The position numbers were made by a program, and so were the translations under genes. A stretch of 64,000 nt of DNA, from contig BDGG01000001.1 of NCBI GenBank assembly GCA_001949185.1, positions 7,824,149-7,888,148 on the forward strand, written 5' to 3'. The notes under the pieces were generated by a model. It saw only the letters and a list, made by a program, of their open reading frames with translations. It was not told where the DNA came from and made no database searches. This document shows, piece by piece, positions 59,001 to 64,000 of this stretch (positions within the stretch are counted from its first letter, which is position 1; each line of letters starts with the position of its first letter). This DNA is from Ramazzottius varieornatus. Taxonomy: Eukaryota > Animalia > Tardigrada.

Positions 59001-59295
59001 AGGCTAGACTCAGACTTTTTTCTTAAAATCGTTAGCTATGTGCTGTCTTTTGTTAATCGCAAACCTCGTATACTGAATAAAGATCGCAATTGTACTTGTT
59101 AAACTTTAACTTTTCAAATCTGAAGTGGTGCAAGGATTTTATCGATCCTCTGTTGTTTGTATAGTTTTCGTATTTTTGTACAGCAGCTCTCGTTTTCTCC
59201 ACGGCTTTCTTGCCAATTTTTTTTCAAATTTTTTCCCCTAAGCGCTTAGCCTGGCAGAGCATTCGGACAATAAAGGTTATTATAATGATGAAGAA
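53085..59295 (+). mobile_element. APE + RT non-LTR retrotransposon (CR1/L2/Jockey group), frameshifted; its 3' UTR is split by a CRE-like insertion
   Basis: APE: YTNVNGIRSK, ALVET, GGGVAL, IYAP, FNCP, LDLVF. RT: ISLLPPLSKLFEK, QFGFR, FLDCTKALD, GVPQGSILGP, YADD. 5' GCCATCTTG. 3' end AATAAAGGTTATTATAATGATGAAGAAG at ~59268-59296. Confidence 0.85.
56149..59092 (+). mobile_element. Second CRE-like RLE non-LTR element with 13-bp TSD
   Basis: GSADGADDLRPQH, LDFKNAFN, GVQQGDPLGP, WYLDD, CRC..HGLSC..RHSRH..KRPDG..VWDVTC, RISIDIQRGNA. AATAAA at 59076. Perfect direct repeat TACTTGTTAAACT at 56136-56148 and 59093-59105. Confidence 0.92.
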
Positions 59296-62130
59296 GTCAA
59301 GTTTGTCGTCACGACCGGCGGTTCGACCGCACTATCGCCATCTTGACCTATACATAAGAAAGACCGTTATGAAAAACTGAGGAACCAGATATATGTTGAG
59401 CGGGTCCTCACCTTTTTGTACTTCAGTATACCACTCGGCGTTCTTGATCGCCAGCCATCTCGAAGCCAGGCTTTTGTCCCTGGCAATGAGAGTGAATCGC
59501 AGCATCTTGTGGAGGAAAGTTCCGACCAAGTAAATAGCATCAAAGTTTGGATTCAACTCGTTAATGGTGTACCCGAGGACCCGATCCAACTCCGACGTGA
59601 TAGCCAATATCACCTGCATAAAACTAGCTTGGTAGCGAAAGCTAGTTTAGCTTACAGAGGGGAACTTTCCCGTTTGAGGTGTAGCTGATCAAATGGGTTC
59701 TCCGTCCCGTAATCCGCAAAATCAACTAACCATTAACCGCGAACTAGACCATTAACCGAGTATTACACGCGATGAATGGTAGCTGTCTTCTCGGCGCTGA
59801 AGTCATCCGTCACCTGCAAAAATCAACCGTAAGGAAGACATCATGGTGAAGTTTCTAGGGCCAGACTTGCTTGTGTTATATTTGTTAAAGTTCATTACCG
59901 TACTAAACTTTTCGAGGAGCTTGATGATGAAGCTCACAGTCATCCATTCACCCGGTGTGAGGCACGGAATTTTGAGGTGCTTCGACATGATGTCCTGCAC
60001 AAAGTCCTTGAGCTGGTAGAAACGCTCAAGAAAAAGCAGTGTAGAGTTCCATCAAGTGGAGACATCGGCAATCAGGGCGAGTTTCGTTTTTCCGACGAGC
60101 TCTCCGGTGGCGATTGTTGACTTTCTAGAGGTCTTGACAATTTTCCGAGCCTTGGTCAGGACATGTTTCGCCAGAATCCCTCAAAAATGCGCGAACTGCC
60201 GTCTGTAGTCTGTAGACAGTGGATACTGCATGAGTGACGCTTCAATCTTAAAACAAGACAAATCTGAGTAGTTTTGATTTCGTGTTAGTTTTCAAATTAG
60301 GAAATTTCCCCCTTCGTCCCACCTTTCGGCGAAAATTTGTTCACATTCGTCCCCGAAACTCAAGGATCGATCGATCTCATGGTCGAAGTCCACATCTCCG
60401 CTGAATTCTTCCTGCTCGACCTGTACGACTTGCTCTACCTGCTCGTCTACTTCTTCGACGAAGGCACCGTGTCGCAGGATAAAATACTTGTACGCGGCGA
60501 CCATGTTCGACCCATTGTCAGTCGAAACAGCTGACACTTTCGAAGGGGGATTTCCTAGCTTTCCATGATTCCCATGATTAACTCGCATACTCTAACCGCC
60601 GTATGTGGAGAGGGAAAGAACGACAGGCGATCTTCATGGAATGCATGGCTTTGGTCTCCGGATCGTAAAATCGAGCAGCCATTCCAAGAAAGGACTCTGT
60701 CATGCCCTTCTTTGTCCAGATGTCTAACGAACAGAGACAATCAGAGTACGACAGAAAATTCGCACAGTAAACAGTGCAAAGGTAAATCAAGCATTTACCC
60801 GCGGCAAGCGCGATTTTATTCGCGCGTCTCAGAAAGCCTTTCATTTTGGCCACCAGCAGTCCGAACACCTTATCCATTTTAGTGTTAATGGCGTATCTTC
60901 CGATGGTAGGAGCGCCATGGTCGTGCTTGAGAAACAAACGCTGCATTTTAGGATTTTCACAGAGTAGGAGTGGCTGTAGTTTGAAGACACCACAAGGCGC
61001 GTTCTTGCAGGATTGTTCGGTATCTGAAAGTAAGGAACACAAACGTGATACGGTATATCTTACAGTAAAACGGGAAGTCCCTTCTAGCCGAAAACTGTAG
61101 GTTGTACCTGGGACTTCCCACCGGATATAGATCCGACGACTCTAACTTAATTGGGGTTGGAAGAACGTCTTTACACTAGTCGAGTACACATGCTTCTTCG
61201 CGGGGACCTTACGGACTCTTCCGGTTTCGTCGAACTTGAGAAAGACATCCTTATGGTTGTTTCTCAGATGGCTTACTGCATTACATACTCAGGTGTCTGT
61301 CCGGCGTGACGTACGTACAGGCAAGACAGGTTGTTGTTCACTTCTCCTCGTCGCTCACGTAGAAAGACCACAGAGTCGATTTCTTCTTCGGTTCTCCAGA
61401 ACGCTGACGCTTTACAGGTGGTGAACAGGGCTAACGAGAGAGACGTCGACGGGGCTTCAGTGTCGTCAGACGATTCAGATTCTTCGTCAGAGCTGACGAT
61501 GTCGATGATGGCTCGACTGACTGCAGCTCCCTTCGTCACTTTCGTCACCCGTCGGCTGCTCTCTTCGGCTTGACGATGGGGGAACTCTCTTCTTTTCCAG
61601 CTATGCTGTTATCCTCATACTATCCTGCAATTTCTACAGAAACACACACATAGCATTCGAAAGCGCAAAAAAAAACCTGGAAAAGCAGACAGCCTCGCAT
61701 TCAGCAATGAGCATTGTGAGTATGCAGGTGGATCGCCGGACTCATGAACTTGCACTATCCAATCAAACGAGGTTGGCAATCAATGTATCGCCCTAAACGC
61801 TGATCAATATACGTTGATGTGCAGGTGCGTGATGCGTTACGATCCAACCGAACAGCGCACTGTGCAGAGTCCCGCGCTTTCGCTTGGCGCAAATCAAGCC
61901 TTATTTTATAAGCCGAAATCGCCTATTAATAATCTTAATATAGAGCGCCCTGCGAGTTGATTTTAATGTAATATATTCAGCTCTGGGTTCCATCTAATTT
62001 AATACCAATAAATATCCTGCCTCGGTCGAGGCATCTGATAAATGTTAATATAATATATTAAATGCTTTTTAGCATCTAATAAGTTCCAGTTTAAATAATA
62101 TTTATATATGCCAACATCACCAGTACTGTA

Positions 62131-64000
62131 CAGGCACCGCGGGGGTAACGCCGGGGCCCGGGGTTAGCGAAGCGGCTTCGCGGCTTGATTTTTGATTGGT
62201 GAGGTGTTGCTGCATCGGCAGCATTGTCCACTACGACTTCCGGTCAGTGTTTCTCAGGTAAATTTTTACCGACGTACTTTGAGACGCCATAGCCGATTCA
62301 GCCTGGCCTGCCACAAAACCAGTTATTCAATCAAATTCTAAATTCTAAACAGAAGTCAACCGAAATATGAGTTTATTCAAAAATTCAAGTCATTCGATTT
62401 TTATTGTTATTTGCTCACAAGGGATTAACACCAATCGGTTCCCTCTGACGAGATTCAGGTTGCGCAGTCTGATAGAGGACAGTTTCCTCCACAGATTGAG
62501 CTAAACAAAAGGTCCTAAAAGAAAGCCTGAAATTAATTATGGGAAGAGGAAGTCAAGTACAAGTTTGCCGATGGTGACGTAAACGGCATGGCCAAATCAA
62601 AACATTTGATTGTTTGGTAGTTGATTTGCTTTTGATTGAGTACTGCCCTGTACTGATCTTTTTCAGCCCTTAAGTGGCATCGTCTTTGAAAACTCAGTCA
62701 ACCTTCGCAAGAGTCTTCCGTGAAACATGGACGCCGTCAACCCGATGAATGTTCTCAAGCTTCTCGGAGTGGACTATAGACAGACTTTCCAGCTTGACAA
62801 TGCCCCAAGTGAAGCTGATAAGCTGTTGAAGGAAGTTAACAAGGGTAAGACTGATTATGTAACTCAAATCGAAAACATTGCTAAACACCATGTCGGAAGT
62901 TGTTACTAACCTGTCACTGTCTAGGCTTAAATGACGAGAAGGTTGCAGGAACTGGCACACCTCTACGAGCAACCGAAGAAGATCTCCAGTGTGATCTGCA
63001 AATTGATCATGCAACGTTCGAGGATTTTAAGAAGTCTATCATTAGCTTCAACTTATTGAGTGCTCCCGACGAAGCGGAGTTCGATGACAACGTGACGACC
63101 AATACTTCTTCCAGCGGCACTGAACCTTCTTCACATGAACTGTTCGTTCCAACAATTCCAGATACAAGAGCCGGACCCAGTCAGATGATTTACTTGGACT
63201 ATAAGAAACGTTCGGTTGCGTTTTGGAGACACGCGACTTCGAAAAAACGACGCAGTCTTACAGCAGTCCAAAATCGATTTACAAGAGTAACCAGTGTCCG
63301 TCAATTGCAAGATTGGGAGAAGCATATGGAAGCGGGTGGTTCACGTGTGGACAAGCTGAATGCGCTTAGACTGGAAACTGGGAAGCAGTTCTTTTTGGCG
63401 AAGAAGAAGCATGTGGTCAAGGATCTGGATCTTCGGCGACGGGCACTTACAGCAAATCTGGCCGTGGGTTTGGAGAGTTCAAAGCGTCTCCTGACTGGAT
63501 TGGAAAACGAAAACGGTATATTTTCATATCCGTTTGCAGCGATAGATTTGTTATCTATCGTTAAAATTAATCAGTTAATTAATTATTTCAGATATTACAG
63601 TATTTGCGATCGAAAGCTCACGGAGTTTGTGACTGAAAAGTCCGTCAAGGAACTTCCAAAGGTGGAACAGAGCGCCGCCGACTGTGTAGCTCTCGTCCGA
63701 TCAAGGATCGCAGATTACGGACTGGACTGTCTGTGGAATGCGGATCAGTCAGGTTTTGAATATGAGATGAGACCTGGTCGTACGTTGGATATTTGTGGTG
63801 TTAAACACGTGGAAGCTATAACCCAGTCCGAAAACTCCATGACTCATAGTTACACCGTAATGATGACTGTTTCTCCTGAAAAGATGACTAAGAAGCTCTA
63901 CTTGGAATGGTGTGCTGAGGTCTTTTTTCCACATATGGTGGACCGGTGCATTCTGCTGGCTGGTTCCTGGACGACTTTCAACGATCAAGACTCGGTGATG
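62131..64000 (+). mobile_element. pogo/Tc5-like (CENP-B HTH + DDE_1) transposase remnant, running off the window end
   Basis: Fragments KDLDLRRRAL..FKASPDWI (CENP-B-type HTH), LWNADQSGFEYE, THSYTVM and LEWCAEVFFP..CILLAGSW. Candidate terminus TA|CAGG at 62129-62134. Frameshifts present. Confidence 0.75.

Larger units (their letters stand above)
51940..62122 (-). mobile_element. Degenerate hAT DNA transposon interrupted by nested retroelements
   Basis: Candidate TIRs TAGTGATGTTGGCATA (51940-51955) and TATGCCAACATCACCA (62107-62122). Minus-strand transposase pieces SLDIWTKKGMTESFLG, STDNGSNMVAA and WNSTLLFLERF. hATC dimerisation domain PEEFW..PLLSRLALDILAISAASSALERF at 52719-52991. TSD not clearly preserved. 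Confidence 0.8.

Noticed and set aside
51932-62130. 8-bp hAT target-site duplication (GTTCGGAA vs GTACTGTA)
   Set aside because: Only 5 of 8 positions match, so it is not claimed as a TSD.

Overview
This is eukaryotic (animal) genomic DNA with mostly short GT-AG introns. The supplied ORF track ignores splicing, so I rebuilt the gene models by hand. The compact, intermediate-GC architecture suggests a small invertebrate, possibly a tardigrade; that is inference and cannot be confirmed here. Conserved genes: an intronless LigB/MEMO-fold (TTE1956-like) gene, an Eaf6/MEAF6-domain gene head-to-head with MPDU1, and a complete cullin-3. The accessory region (about 13.7-38.5 kb) is the most interesting part. 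It holds three paralogous secreted proteins, each a low-complexity Pro/Ala/Gly N-terminus plus a stand-alone 4-bladed MMP-type hemopexin domain with no protease domain. Two near-identical, inverted copies of an 8-cysteine CS-alpha-beta defensin-like gene bracket them. Two further small secreted low-complexity proteins share a 'Pro/Ala spacer - hydrophobic LLPLL/M sticker - Gly-rich' module with the hemopexin proteins, and four of the five genes have a phase-1 intron at the same point in this module. An intact but catalytically dead astacin lies at 2.8-4.2 kb. Mobile DNA includes a degenerate CACTA/EnSpm-type transposase flanked by a RING-H2+chromodomain gene and a BEN-like gene (a second decayed BEN paralog lies at 47-49 kb). 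It also includes two CRE-like RLE non-LTR elements, a Gypsy pol remnant, a three-level nest (CRE-like inside an APE-RT LINE inside a hAT), a pogo/Tc5-like remnant and several MITE/fold-back elements. There are two assembly gaps (26506-26555 and 27634-28083).
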